64,000 bases of DNA from Candidatus Magasanikiibacteriota bacterium. GTDB lineage: Bacteria; Patescibacteriota; Patescibacteriia; Magasanikbacterales; GWA2-37-8. Below, piece by piece: positions 7,411 to 17,068 of this stretch. The stretch lies in NCBI GenBank assembly GCA_036744835.1, contig DAIOHD010000001.1, forward strand, positions 611,910 to 675,909, written 5' to 3'. Made by a program: the position numbers and the translations under genes. The notes beneath the pieces were generated by a model that worked only from the letters and a program-made list of their open reading frames with translations, searched no databases and was not told where the DNA came from. Numbering within the stretch: position 1 is the stretch's first letter; each line of letters opens with the position of its first letter.

Positions 7411-8841
7411 TTAGTTAGTTATATTTTTTCCGACTTGCATCAAAAGTCCTTCCATAAATCTATCCCCGATCAACTGTGTTCCTATTGGTAAACCACTTTT
7501 TGTAAAACCAGTTGGTACTGATAATGCTGGAAAACCTCCGACAGCCGACGGAGATAACATTACATCAGCCAAATACATTTGAAGTGGGTCAGCTTGTTTT
7601 TCTCCAAGATTAAAAGCTGGAAATGGTGAAGTTGGAGTAATAAGTAAATCTACTTTTTCAAAAACTTTTTCAAAATCTTGTTTAATCAGTGTACGAACTT
7701 TTTGAGCTTTTTTATAATATGCATCATAATATCCTGCAGATAATGCATAAGTCCCGATAAGAATACGTCTTTTTACTTCTTCAGGAAAACCTAACTCTCG
7801 AGACATGGTATAAATTTCATTTAAACTTTTGGCTTTTTTCTCACGTACCCCATAACGTATTCCATCCAATCGTGCCATATTGGAACTATCTTCACTCGGT
7901 ACAATAATATAATAAACGGCCATAGCATATTTTGTGTGAGGCAAACTAACTTCCACAATTTCCGCACCTTGTTTTTTTAATTTTTCAATTTGAGCTAAAA
8001 CATTTTCTTTCACTTCAGAATCTATTCCTTCTATTTCAAAATATTCTTTTGGCACTCCGAATTTCAATCCTTTCTTGATTTCTTTTTCCGTAATTATGTC
8101 ATAATTATCAATCACGGCGGCAGAAGTCGTAGTGTCTTTCTTATCTAAACCGGCCATATGTTTTAAAACAATAGCTAAATCTTCGGCCGTCCTAGCCATC
8201 GGTCCAACCACATCAAGCGAAGAGGCCATCGGCATTACGCCAAACCTGGAATTTCTACCATAGGTCGGTCGTAACCCAAACACACCGCAAAAACTTGCCG
8301 GTTGACGAATAGAACCTCCGGTATCTTCAGCAATAGAAAAAAAACACATAAAATCTGCGACACTGACTGCACTTCCGCCAGAACTGCCACCACTGACTTT
8401 TTTGAGATTATACGGATTTTTTACCGGACCATACATACTATTTTCATTACTAGCACCATGTCCAAAAGCATCGCAATTTGTCTTGCCTATCAAAACGCCA
8501 CCAACTTGTATAATTTTATCCACTACTGTAGCACTGAAAGTCGGTTCATAATCATCTAAAATTTTTGCCGCAGCTGTAGATCTCACCCCGGCAGTCGCAA
8601 TAGAATCTTTTACAGAAAAAGGAATACCGGTCAACTCCGTCGCTTCCCCTTTTTCTATCATTTCATCAGCTAATCTGGCTTGTGCCAAAGCCCTGTCTTC
8701 ACAGACAGTAATAAAAGCGTTCAATTCTTTGTTTCTTTTTTTAATTTGTGCTAAGCAAGCCAGTGTTAGATCAACACTGGAAAATTCTTTTCTACGCAAT
8801 CCTTCTGAAGCTTGTTTTAATGTTATTTTATTTAAATCCAT
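7411..8841 (-). CDS. gatA: Glutamyl-tRNA(Gln) amidotransferase subunit A
   Basis: Amidase signature 'GGSSGGSAVSVA' and full-length GatA-like sequence. Confidence 0.9.
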   Translation of the reverse strand: MDLNKITLKQASEGLRRKEFSSVDLTLACLAQIKKRNKELNAFITVCEDRALAQARLADEMIEKGEATELTGIPFSVKDSIATAGVRSTAAAKILDDYEPTFSATVVDKIIQVGGVLIGKTNCDAFGHGASNENSMYGPVKNPYNLKKVSGGSSGGSAVSVADFMCFFSIAEDTGGSIRQPASFCGVFGLRPTYGRNSRFGVMPMASSLDVVGPMARTAEDLAIVLKHMAGLDKKDTTTSAAVIDNYDIITEKEIKKGLKFGVPKEYFEIEGIDSEVKENVLAQIEKLKKQGAEIVEVSLPHTKYAMAVYYIIVPSEDSSNMARLDGIRYGVREKKAKSLNEIYTMSRELGFPEEVKRRILIGTYALSAGYYDAYYKKAQKVRTLIKQDFEKVFEKVDLLITPTSPFPAFNLGEKQADPLQMYLADVMLSPSAVGGFPALSVPTGFTKSGLPIGTQLIGDRFMEGLLMQVGKNITN

Positions 8842-8933
8842 AAATAATAAAAATTCTAAGCACTAATTTCTAAACTCTAAACAATTAGAAAATTATAATA
8901 TCAAAAAAACAAACTCTGTTTAGAATTTAAGGT

Positions 8934-9230
8934 TTAGAAATTAGGGTTTTCAAAAATCCCTGGTACCACTAACATGCCTGCATATTTTTCTGGAAATTGC
9001 TCTTTAAGATCTTCAAAATATTTACATTTTTTAATTTCGTCAACCCGCCACACATTTTTCAAATCATTAACTTCCGATGTCGGCTCTACACCTTCGGTAT
9101 CCACTTCATTTAAAATTTTCATATAATCAAACACAACCGAAATAGTTTCGGCGTGTCTTTTTTCTTCCGTCGGAGTCAATTTGATTTTTGCCAAATCAGC
9201 AATTTTTTTTACTTCTTCTAGAGTTAACAT
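8934..9230 (-). CDS. gatC: Glutamyl-tRNA(Gln) amidotransferase subunit C
   Basis: ~98 aa. 'LTLEEVKKIADLAKIKLTPTEEK' is a typical GatC N-terminus. It lies immediately upstream of gatA. Confidence 0.8.
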   Translation of the reverse strand: MLTLEEVKKIADLAKIKLTPTEEKRHAETISVVFDYMKILNEVDTEGVEPTSEVNDLKNVWRVDEIKKCKYFEDLKEQFPEKYAGMLVVPGIFENPNF

Positions 9231-9235
9231 GTTTT

Positions 9236-10675
9236 TTATATTTCTTTAACGACTAGAAAATTAACTTTACCTTGTATGCCAACCGGTTCTCCGCCAATCA
9301 TAACCGCTTTATCGCCCTTTTCTCCCATTTTATGTCGACGAACATAACTAACAAAGCCATGCGTTAAGTCCTCAACCGTTTTACATTTATTCAAAATGAA
9401 AGGAGTAATTCCCCAAGAAAAACAAAGCTGACGACAGCCACGGACTGTTTCTGTGCCAACCAATACTTTTTTCTCAGAACGAAAGCGGCTAACTAAACGA
9501 CCTGTTTTACCACTGGCTGAAGCTACCAAAATAAGCTTAGCATTTATTTTTTTAGCCAAGACAGGTGCTAAATTGGAAATAGATTTACTAATTGAAGTGC
9601 TTTCATGATAAGCTTCTAAATTATAATCATCGTATTTTGATTTTTCTGTCTGAACAATAATCTTTGCCATAGTTTCAACTACCAAAACTGGATGTTTGCC
9701 AACTGCGGTCTCATTACTAAGCATTAAGGCATCGGCATGATCAATAACCGCGTTAGCTACATCAGTAATCTCCGCTCGAGTAGGACGATTCTTCTCTTGC
9801 ATGGAATCTAACATTTGTGTGGCCACAATCACGGGCTTAGTTGCTTCATTGGATTTATCTATGATTCTTTTTTGCAAAAGAGGAAGTTGCGACATATTTG
9901 TTTCTATTGCCAAATCTCCTCTAGCTACCATAACTCCATCGGTTTGTTCTATTATTTCATCTAAATTTTCTATCGCTTCATGTTGTTCAATTTTAGACAC
10001 GATAAAAACAGGCTGTTTACTTTTAGTTTTCAATATCTTTTCGTATTTTTTAATCAATTTACGAGCATGTATAATATCCTCTGCAGATTTTACAAAAGAA
10101 AGAGCTACGGCATCTACCCCTAAAGCAATGCCAAATTTTAAATCTTTTTTATCTTTTTCACTAAGAGCCGGAATTTTGGTTAAATCAGTATATGGTAAAT
10201 TTATTCCTTTGTGAGAAAGGAGTTTTCCTCCTTGCAAAATTTTACATTTAATTTTATTTTTTTTAACTTCTTCAATCAATAACTCAATATTGCCATCATC
10301 AAGTAAGATGTGCTCATTTTTTTTCAGATGTTTTTCCAAACCTGCATAATCTAGGGGAATTTCCTCATTTTTATATTTTTTTTCACCTATCGCAATAATA
10401 ACTGTTTTTCCATCTTGTAAAAATATTCCTGTTTCTGGCAAACAACCTATTCTAATTTTTGGCCCTTGTAAATCTTGCATTATTGCTACTGGCAATTTAA
10501 TTTTTCTTTCAACTTGGCGAATTTTTTTTACCAAATCTGCATGATTTTTGTAATCACCGTGAGAAAAATTGAGCCGAAAAACATTTACTCCGGCTTTTAC
10601 CATTTTTTCTATTATTTTATAATCTTGACTACTCGGACCCAAAGTGGCAACTATTTTAGTATTTTTAAAAAACAT
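9236..10675 (-). CDS. pyk: Pyruvate kinase
   Basis: 'KIVATLGPSS', 'MVARGDLAIE' and other PK motifs; 479 aa. Confidence 0.9.
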   Translation of the reverse strand: MFFKNTKIVATLGPSSQDYKIIEKMVKAGVNVFRLNFSHGDYKNHADLVKKIRQVERKIKLPVAIMQDLQGPKIRIGCLPETGIFLQDGKTVIIAIGEKKYKNEEIPLDYAGLEKHLKKNEHILLDDGNIELLIEEVKKNKIKCKILQGGKLLSHKGINLPYTDLTKIPALSEKDKKDLKFGIALGVDAVALSFVKSAEDIIHARKLIKKYEKILKTKSKQPVFIVSKIEQHEAIENLDEIIEQTDGVMVARGDLAIETNMSQLPLLQKRIIDKSNEATKPVIVATQMLDSMQEKNRPTRAEITDVANAVIDHADALMLSNETAVGKHPVLVVETMAKIIVQTEKSKYDDYNLEAYHESTSISKSISNLAPVLAKKINAKLILVASASGKTGRLVSRFRSEKKVLVGTETVRGCRQLCFSWGITPFILNKCKTVEDLTHGFVSYVRRHKMGEKGDKAVMIGGEPVGIQGKVNFLVVKEI

Positions 10676-10687
10676 AAATTAAATAAT

Positions 10688-11092
10688 TTAATGCAACAGA
10701 GCTTTTATTTGTTCTTGTTTTGCCTGATCTATGGGGAAACTTTTTAAAAGACTTTCTAAAGCTTCTTTAGAAAAAGAATTTTCTTTAAAAACATCTGTGC
10801 CGGAAAAAATATCAACTGCTTTGAATAAATTATTAATACTTGGTAATAAATAAAAGAACCCAATTATCAAAGGAATGATTATGATAGCTACTTTTAAATA
10901 ATTGAAAATAGAATTCCAAAGAAGTTTACGATTTATCTTTCGATTTTGTTCATAAATAATTTGCGACCATTTCAAATTATTAATCAAGAGTTCATTGATT
11001 TTTTCCAAAGTCACCGGTTCGTTTTTAATCAATTCTTTTGTTTCTAATATTTCTTCCTCTTTTTTTATTTCTTTTTTTTCTTCAGACATACA
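10688..11092 (-). CDS. Hypothetical membrane protein
   Basis: Trimmed from the track ORF, which overlapped nrdR by ~100 nt. Start taken at 'MSEEKKEIKK'. One or two TM helices. Confidence 0.4.
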   Translation of the reverse strand, partial: CMSEEKKEIKKEEEILETKELIKNEPVTLEKINELLINNLKWSQIIYEQNRKINRKLLWNSIFNYLKVAIIIIPLIIGFFYLLPSINNLFKAVDIFSGTDVFKENSFSKEALESLLKSFPIDQAKQEQIKALLH

Positions 11093-11093
11093 A

Positions 11094-11549
11094 TTAATTT
11101 TTCTTTGAAATTTTTTTAACTTCATTTTCAAAATTTCGAACATCCTTAAAATCACGATATACGCTAGCAAAACGAATATAAGCAACTTTATCAAAAACCC
11201 GTAAATGCTTCATTGTTAATTCTCCAATTTCTTTACTTGTCAATTCGCGTTTTTTCTTTTTTTGAATGTCACGCTCAATCATCCGAATAAGTTTACCGAA
11301 AGATTCTTCCGTGTAGGATCTTTTGGTCAAAGGAATACGCAAGCTTTTTTCCAATTTATCCCGCATATAACTTTCTCTGCGTCCGTTATTTTTAATAACT
11401 ACCAAATCTAAAAGTTCTATTTCTTCAACAGTAGAAAAACGATAGTGGCATTTATCACACTCTCTACGACGACGAACAACCATGCCTTCATTATTTGGCC
11501 TGGAATCTACCACACTAGTTTCTTTGTTATTACAGACAGGACAAAACAT
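11094..11549 (-). CDS. nrdR: Transcriptional repressor NrdR
   Basis: 'MFCPVCNNKETSVVDSRPNNEGMVVRRRRECDKCHYRFSTVEE' is the Zn-ribbon plus ATP-cone arrangement of NrdR. Confidence 0.9.
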   Translation of the reverse strand: MFCPVCNNKETSVVDSRPNNEGMVVRRRRECDKCHYRFSTVEEIELLDLVVIKNNGRRESYMRDKLEKSLRIPLTKRSYTEESFGKLIRMIERDIQKKKKRELTSKEIGELTMKHLRVFDKVAYIRFASVYRDFKDVRNFENEVKKISKKN

Positions 11550-11556
11550 AAATAAA

Positions 11557-12873
11557 TTAATTATTCATTTTTTTTCGTAAAAAAGCCGGGATTTCTAATT
11601 CATCCTCTTCAGGTGATTTTTTTTCCACCGATACAGACGGAGTAATATTGTTATTTTGATTTAAATTTATAGACGATCTGGAAAAACTCGGGGCTATTTT
11701 TTCTTCCTCTTTTTCTTTATTTTTTTGAAAAGAACTAAAAAAACCTCCGTTATTTTCTTTTTCTTTTACAGCAGAAAAATTAACCGGATTTTTCTTTATT
11801 AAATCGCCAAACTTTTTTTCTTCTTCTTCTTTTTGTTTTTGTACTTTAAATCTATCTGGATTAGAAACCCCTGTATAAACAGGCCTTATTGAAATTTCTT
11901 CTTCAGAAAGATAACGACGATGATCATTAAAACCAGTAGCTATAACAGTAATTTTCAATTTTCCAGCCATTGTTTCATCGATAGTCACACCAAAAATAAC
12001 TTTAGCGTCATCGGCAGCTGATGAAGTAATAATTTTAGCGGCTTCATCAATCTCGTGCATCATCAAATCAGGCCCTCCGGTAACTGTAAATAAAATTCCA
12101 GAAGCTCCATCTATTGAAAGCTCGAGTAACGGTGAAGAAATAGCAGCTTTAGCAGCTATTACCGCTCTATCTTCTCCTTCACCTATCCCGATACCCATCA
12201 AAGCAGAACCTGTATCTTGCATAATAGTTTTAACATCAGCAAAATCAACATTGATCATCCCGTGTACTGTAATAGAATCAGAAATACCTTGTACTCCTTG
12301 ACGCAATACATCATCCACAATATTAAACGCTTCTAAAAGAGATGTTTTTTTATCGATGACTTGCATCACTTTATCATTGGGAACAGTAATAATAGTATCT
12401 ACATATTTAGCCAAATCTTCCCAAGCTTTTTCCGCTATTTCACTGCGCTTGGGACCTTCAAAAGAAAATGGTTTAGTAACAACCGCAACTGTCAAAATCC
12501 CCATTTCTTTGGCAATTTCCGCCACTATCGGAGAAGCTCCAGATCCAGTACCCCCGCCTAAACCACAGGTAATAAAGACCATGTCGGCATCTTTAAGCAC
12601 CTCTCTAATCTCATTCTGAGACTCTTCTGCTGCTTTACAACCAACACCTGGATCCATACCCGCTCCTAATCCACGAGTAACCGATTTACCTATATGAATT
12701 TTTTGTGGAGCATTATTGTGATGTAAGGCCTGTACATCGGTATTCATTGCTATAAAATCAACGCCGCGAATTCTCGCAGCCATCATTCTATTTATAGCTG
12801 AACCGCCGGAACCACCTACTCCGACCACTTTTATTTTAGCAAAAGTTTCCAATTCAGGTTTAACTTGTGGCAT
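11557..12873 (-). CDS. ftsZ: Cell division GTPase FtsZ
   Basis: Tubulin signature 'GGGTGSGASPIVAEIAKEMGILTVAVVTKPFSFEG'. Confidence 0.95.
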   Translation of the reverse strand: MPQVKPELETFAKIKVVGVGGSGGSAINRMMAARIRGVDFIAMNTDVQALHHNNAPQKIHIGKSVTRGLGAGMDPGVGCKAAEESQNEIREVLKDADMVFITCGLGGGTGSGASPIVAEIAKEMGILTVAVVTKPFSFEGPKRSEIAEKAWEDLAKYVDTIITVPNDKVMQVIDKKTSLLEAFNIVDDVLRQGVQGISDSITVHGMINVDFADVKTIMQDTGSALMGIGIGEGEDRAVIAAKAAISSPLLELSIDGASGILFTVTGGPDLMMHEIDEAAKIITSSAADDAKVIFGVTIDETMAGKLKITVIATGFNDHRRYLSEEEISIRPVYTGVSNPDRFKVQKQKEEEEKKFGDLIKKNPVNFSAVKEKENNGGFFSSFQKNKEKEEEKIAPSFSRSSINLNQNNNITPSVSVEKKSPEEDELEIPAFLRKKMNN

Positions 12874-12981
12874 AAATTTTTTCTTAGAAAACGAACACTT
12901 TTTGTGTTCGTTTTTTTTATTATTTATTAAAAAGAGTTTACGCCTATATTTTATAATTTTTAACCTTAAGTGTCAAGAAAA

Positions 12982-14220
12982 CTAGAGTTTAAACTTGCCC
13001 CATAAACCCTTTATTTTTTGAGTCAGGCTTTGATGATTTCTGAATTGCTGCTCCATAATATAATCTGCTCCCCATTTAACCAAACTTATAGCTGTCGTAT
13101 ACGAAGAATCATTTATTTTGTCTGTAGCAGAAATTAAACCAAAGGGCAATCCCAAAGAAGACGGGAGTCTTAAATATTTTCTGGCAATTTCCAATATACC
13201 CGGTAACTTGGCACTCCCCCCTACCAAAACCGCACCCGCTGGCAACATGCCACTCTTTCCTATTTTTTTAAGTTCTTTATCTACTAAAAACATAATTTCT
13301 TCAGTTCGAGCCGAAATAATTGCAGCAACTTCTTTTTCTTTAACTTTAATATGGTCTAAGGAGCCAAAATTAAATAAATCTATTTCTTCTTTACTGTTCA
13401 TAGCTTCATTTGAACAGTTACCTTGTTCAACTTTTAATTTTTCCACCACTTCTACATGACTTCTTAATCCTACTGCTAAATCATTAGTGATGTGAATTCC
13501 GCCAATCGGCAAAACTCCAAAATGAAGCATTTCTCCTTCTTCGTAAACTATAAACGAAGTGGTCGTGGAACCGATATTTATTAAAACAACACCCAACTCT
13601 TTTTGTCTTTGATTCAAAACCGAATCAGCTACTGCAATAAGAGAAAGAACCATTCCATCTATTTCTATACCGGTTCTATAAATAGCTCTGGTTAAATTTT
13701 TAATTTGCGATGATTGACCCAAAATAATTTTAGTATCGACTTCCAAACGAACTCCGGTCATACCTACCGGTTCTTTTATCCCTCCTTGTCCATCGACAAT
13801 AAAAGATCTAGGTGTAACATGTAATACTTCATAATTAAGAGGGGTAGCTACTGATTTTGAAGATTCAATAGCTCGCCATTTATCGCTTTCTGTAATTTCG
13901 TTATCAGCTTTGGAAACGATAGCATAACCTCGACTATTTTGAATGATAATTTGAACACCAGGTATACCTACAAAAACACTTTCTATCGGATTACCAGTGA
14001 TATGTTCAGCTTGTTCCAAACAAGAGGAAATGGAAGAAACAACATCTTCAATATTGGTAATAATTCCTTTATTTATACCTTCTGAAGGTGTTTCGGTACA
14101 GCCGAGGATTTGTACTTCTGACAAACCTTGTTTGTGTAAAACAAGGTTGCCTATTGCCAATCTAACGGATGACGAACCAATATCCAATCCGGCTAATAAA
14201 TTTTGAGCTGATTTAGCCAT
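12982..14220 (-). CDS. ftsA: Cell division protein FtsA
   Basis: Actin-fold 'GLDIGSSSVRLAIG' N-terminus; ~412 aa; lies upstream of ftsZ. Confidence 0.9.
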   Translation of the reverse strand: MAKSAQNLLAGLDIGSSSVRLAIGNLVLHKQGLSEVQILGCTETPSEGINKGIITNIEDVVSSISSCLEQAEHITGNPIESVFVGIPGVQIIIQNSRGYAIVSKADNEITESDKWRAIESSKSVATPLNYEVLHVTPRSFIVDGQGGIKEPVGMTGVRLEVDTKIILGQSSQIKNLTRAIYRTGIEIDGMVLSLIAVADSVLNQRQKELGVVLINIGSTTTSFIVYEEGEMLHFGVLPIGGIHITNDLAVGLRSHVEVVEKLKVEQGNCSNEAMNSKEEIDLFNFGSLDHIKVKEKEVAAIISARTEEIMFLVDKELKKIGKSGMLPAGAVLVGGSAKLPGILEIARKYLRLPSSLGLPFGLISATDKINDSSYTTAISLVKWGADYIMEQQFRNHQSLTQKIKGLWGKFKL

Positions 14221-14228
14221 ATTTTAAA

Positions 14229-14606
14229 CTAAATTAAGCTTTTTATAATTTCTAAAAAATGAGGCCAGAAAATGATAATTCCAATTAAAAAGGCCCCAAA
14301 AGAGGTCAATAAAACCGCGGCTGCCATTATATCTTTAACATCCTTAACATACTGATTTAAACGCGGCTTTAACAAATCTGTAAATTGTTCTAAGGCGGTA
14401 TTTAAAATCTCCATAACCAAAACCATCAAAATCATAGCGATTATAACAATCCATTCGGAATCTCTCAATTTAAATATATAAGCTAAAGCTATGGCTAAAA
14501 AACCAAATAATACTTGCACACGAAAATTTGGTTCGGAATTAAAAACAAAAAATAAACCCTCAAAAGCTGTCTTAAAACTTCTTGATAATCTTTTTAATGA
14601 AAACAT
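14229..14606 (-). CDS. dgkA: Diacylglycerol/undecaprenol kinase DgkA family
   Basis: ~125 aa with 3 TM helices. 'NTALEQF' resembles the DgkA 'E..NTAIE' motif. Confidence 0.7.
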   Translation of the reverse strand: MFSLKRLSRSFKTAFEGLFFVFNSEPNFRVQVLFGFLAIALAYIFKLRDSEWIVIIAMILMVLVMEILNTALEQFTDLLKPRLNQYVKDVKDIMAAAVLLTSFGAFLIGIIIFWPHFLEIIKSLI

Positions 14607-14614
14607 ATATTAGT

Positions 14615-15043
14615 CTATAAAGCTACTTTTGTAACTATTTTTTCTTGCAAAACAAACATTTTGTCTTCTTTTAATTTTGTATCGTGATCAAATCCTACTA
14701 GATGTAACAAGCCATGAACTAGCATCCTAATAAATTCTTCTTTCTCATTAATACTATATTCTCTGGCTTGTTTTTTTATCTGCGAATAAGAAATAAATAT
14801 TTGCCCCAAAAACTGACTCTGGATTTTTTTATCTTCATTAAAAGCAAAAGACAGCACATCGGTAGTTTTATTTTTACCACGATAAAAACGATTCAATTCG
14901 GTCATCTCTTTATCTCCTATAATAATAATTTCTACTTCTTTTTTTATTTTTTGAGTTTGTTTTTCAAAAACCTCGATAACTTTATTTATCAATCGTAAAT
15001 TTATCGGACAAATTTTCTTTTTTATTAAATTCGCTTTTAACAT
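14615..15043 (-). CDS. ybeY: rRNA maturation endoribonuclease YbeY
   Basis: 'LVHGLLHLVGFDH' is the HxxxH metal-binding motif of YbeY. Confidence 0.85.
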   Translation of the reverse strand: MLKANLIKKKICPINLRLINKVIEVFEKQTQKIKKEVEIIIIGDKEMTELNRFYRGKNKTTDVLSFAFNEDKKIQSQFLGQIFISYSQIKKQAREYSINEKEEFIRMLVHGLLHLVGFDHDTKLKEDKMFVLQEKIVTKVAL

Positions 15044-15064
15044 GCTTTTGATAAAAATTTAAAC

Positions 15065-16279
15065 CTATTCTATAAATTCCGAATTTTCTGTGGATTCTTG
15101 TTCTGTATTTATTTCTAAAATTTCATCTTTATCCTCTTCATTGGAAACCGGCATTTCTTCAAGAACTTCTGTTGATGTCGGAGGAGTGGTCAATAATTCT
15201 TGAGTTGGTAAAACTGGATTTATAAAACCAAAATCTAAACTTCTGGCAACTAAAGAAATAACTACTTTATAATTTACGATACTTGAATCAGTGGTATGAT
15301 AAAGCAAAACGTAAACCCTGTTATTATAAATAAAGTAATAAACCAAACCATCATCACGCATTTTTCCTGAATATTTAATAAAAGTTTCAAAATCTTTCAA
15401 AGTAGTTATGTCCTGATTTTGAGCTATGCGTAAAAACCAAGAATTAAAATCTTCATTTTCTTGCAAATCAAAGACCCTTAACTCGATGTTTTCTCCACTT
15501 AGAGTACTAAAAAGAATTTGTCTGCCTTCTTCATCCACACTACCAGTAGCCCAATTTATAGGAATTAGTAACTTATACGCAAAATTTTGATTTATATATT
15601 CTTTTACCAATCCTGATTCCGCTAAACGCTGCGGTTCAAAACCTTTGGGATTATAAAGATTATAAATTTCTACGCCATCTGGATATTTATCTTTATCAGT
15701 ATCAAAATCAAAAGGATCAGTTTGGAATTCTTCTTCGGCTAAATCAGTCAATCCATCATTGTCAGAATCTACACTTTCTGACAATAAAGCAGAGGGAAAT
15801 TCTAGAGGTATCTCTTTAGGAATTTCCGGTTCCATCAAAACCGGGGGTTCAGTTGGAACAACTTCTTGATCATCGGAAGAAATTGTCGGTTGTTCTGTAA
15901 TTGGCGGAGTAAGCGACACAATAGGAATAACTTCTTCACTTTTTTGTGTCAAAAAATTATTTTTAATATAATAATAACCACCAACTCCCAAAATCGCCAA
16001 TGTAAAAATCATCACTGCTAACAGAATTAATGCTTTTGGGTTGGTAGCCAAATTGACTAAATGCCACCTCCCTTTTCCTGCTCCAGCAGAAGTCGCTTCT
16101 TGAAATTTTTTCTTTTCCGATGGTGTTAAAACGTCTTCTTTGTTCTTCTTCAAATCAACTATTTCAGTAAAATTTTTAAAACTAACCACCGGATTTTTAC
16201 CGCCATAAAAATCCTCTGGAATAGTACTCACAACTATTTCACTTTCAGGCAATTGATTTTCCTGTTTTTTACCAAACAT
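15065..16279 (-). CDS. Single-pass membrane protein with thrombospondin-type-3-like Ca-binding repeats
   Basis: One TM helix (LILLAVMIFTLAILGVGGYYYI). The extracellular part has 'DSDNDGLTDLAEEEFQTDPFDFDTDKDKYPDGVE' (DxDxDG motifs). Confidence 0.5.
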   Translation of the reverse strand: MFGKKQENQLPESEIVVSTIPEDFYGGKNPVVSFKNFTEIVDLKKNKEDVLTPSEKKKFQEATSAGAGKGRWHLVNLATNPKALILLAVMIFTLAILGVGGYYYIKNNFLTQKSEEVIPIVSLTPPITEQPTISSDDQEVVPTEPPVLMEPEIPKEIPLEFPSALLSESVDSDNDGLTDLAEEEFQTDPFDFDTDKDKYPDGVEIYNLYNPKGFEPQRLAESGLVKEYINQNFAYKLLIPINWATGSVDEEGRQILFSTLSGENIELRVFDLQENEDFNSWFLRIAQNQDITTLKDFETFIKYSGKMRDDGLVYYFIYNNRVYVLLYHTTDSSIVNYKVVISLVARSLDFGFINPVLPTQELLTTPPTSTEVLEEMPVSNEEDKDEILEINTEQESTENSEFIE

Positions 16280-16287
16280 ATAATAAA

Positions 16288-17037
16288 CTATTTTTCTGTA
16301 TTAGTAGTTGTAGTCGAAATATTTTGATTTTCTTCAAATAATTTTCCTGAACCCAACGGATTGTAACCGCTTTTTACTTCCAAACCATCCAGATAGCCAT
16401 CACCGTCAGTATCCGGATTAAGCGGATCTGTTTTCCAAATCAAAACTTCATCTCCATCTATAAGTCCATCTCCGTCTGTATCCGGTTTAATCGAAGAAGT
16501 TCCTATTTCTTTCTCTCGTAAATCATCTAGTCCATCCTTGTCAGAATCTACAGGTTCACCAAACAAAGCTTCGTCAATTTTCATATCAGTAATCGCATCG
16601 TCAAAAACGGGCACTTCTTCTTGAATCGTAGAAGAAACTTCCGGTATAACAGGTTGTTCTTGTACCACCGGTTCCATTTCGATTTTATTAGTTTCATCAA
16701 TAATAATAACCTTATCTTTATTAGCCAAAAAATTATCATAGATCCAAAAACCCCCAATAGCTATTCCAGCCAAAAGTACACCTATCAAAACTATTAAAAT
16801 AATTTTACCCAGAATCGGCTCTTTTACAACTTGGACTTTATCTTGACCTTCCACTACTGTTTTTATGGAATAATTATCGTATTCTGATTCCTCTTTCTTT
16901 TTAAGTAAGCCGGCTTGTAAGGCGTTTGGCTGACCTTGTTTTTCTTCATCAATATCACCAAACATATCCTTTGGTTCATGATCTATTGGTAAATTTTGCG
17001 GTGGAGCGCTATTGCGCTGGTTCTCATCATCAAACAT
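16288..17037 (-). CDS. Single-pass membrane protein with thrombospondin-type-3-like Ca-binding repeats (paralog of previous)
   Basis: One TM helix. 'DSDKDGLDDL...DTDGDGLIDGDEV...DTDGDGYLDGLEV' are repeated DxDGDGxxDxxE motifs. Confidence 0.5.
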   Translation of the reverse strand: MFDDENQRNSAPPQNLPIDHEPKDMFGDIDEEKQGQPNALQAGLLKKKEESEYDNYSIKTVVEGQDKVQVVKEPILGKIILIVLIGVLLAGIAIGGFWIYDNFLANKDKVIIIDETNKIEMEPVVQEQPVIPEVSSTIQEEVPVFDDAITDMKIDEALFGEPVDSDKDGLDDLREKEIGTSSIKPDTDGDGLIDGDEVLIWKTDPLNPDTDGDGYLDGLEVKSGYNPLGSGKLFEENQNISTTTTNTEK

Positions 17038-17068
17038 AAAGATAATTCAATTATTAATTATTATTTTA

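Noticed and set aside
8842-8933. GTTTAGAA-type short repeats downstream of gatC (also TAAGGTTTAGAAA near 30318-30330)
   Set aside because: Two short similar strings lie at gene ends in AT-rich DNA. The evidence is too weak to call a repeat family or a regulatory motif.
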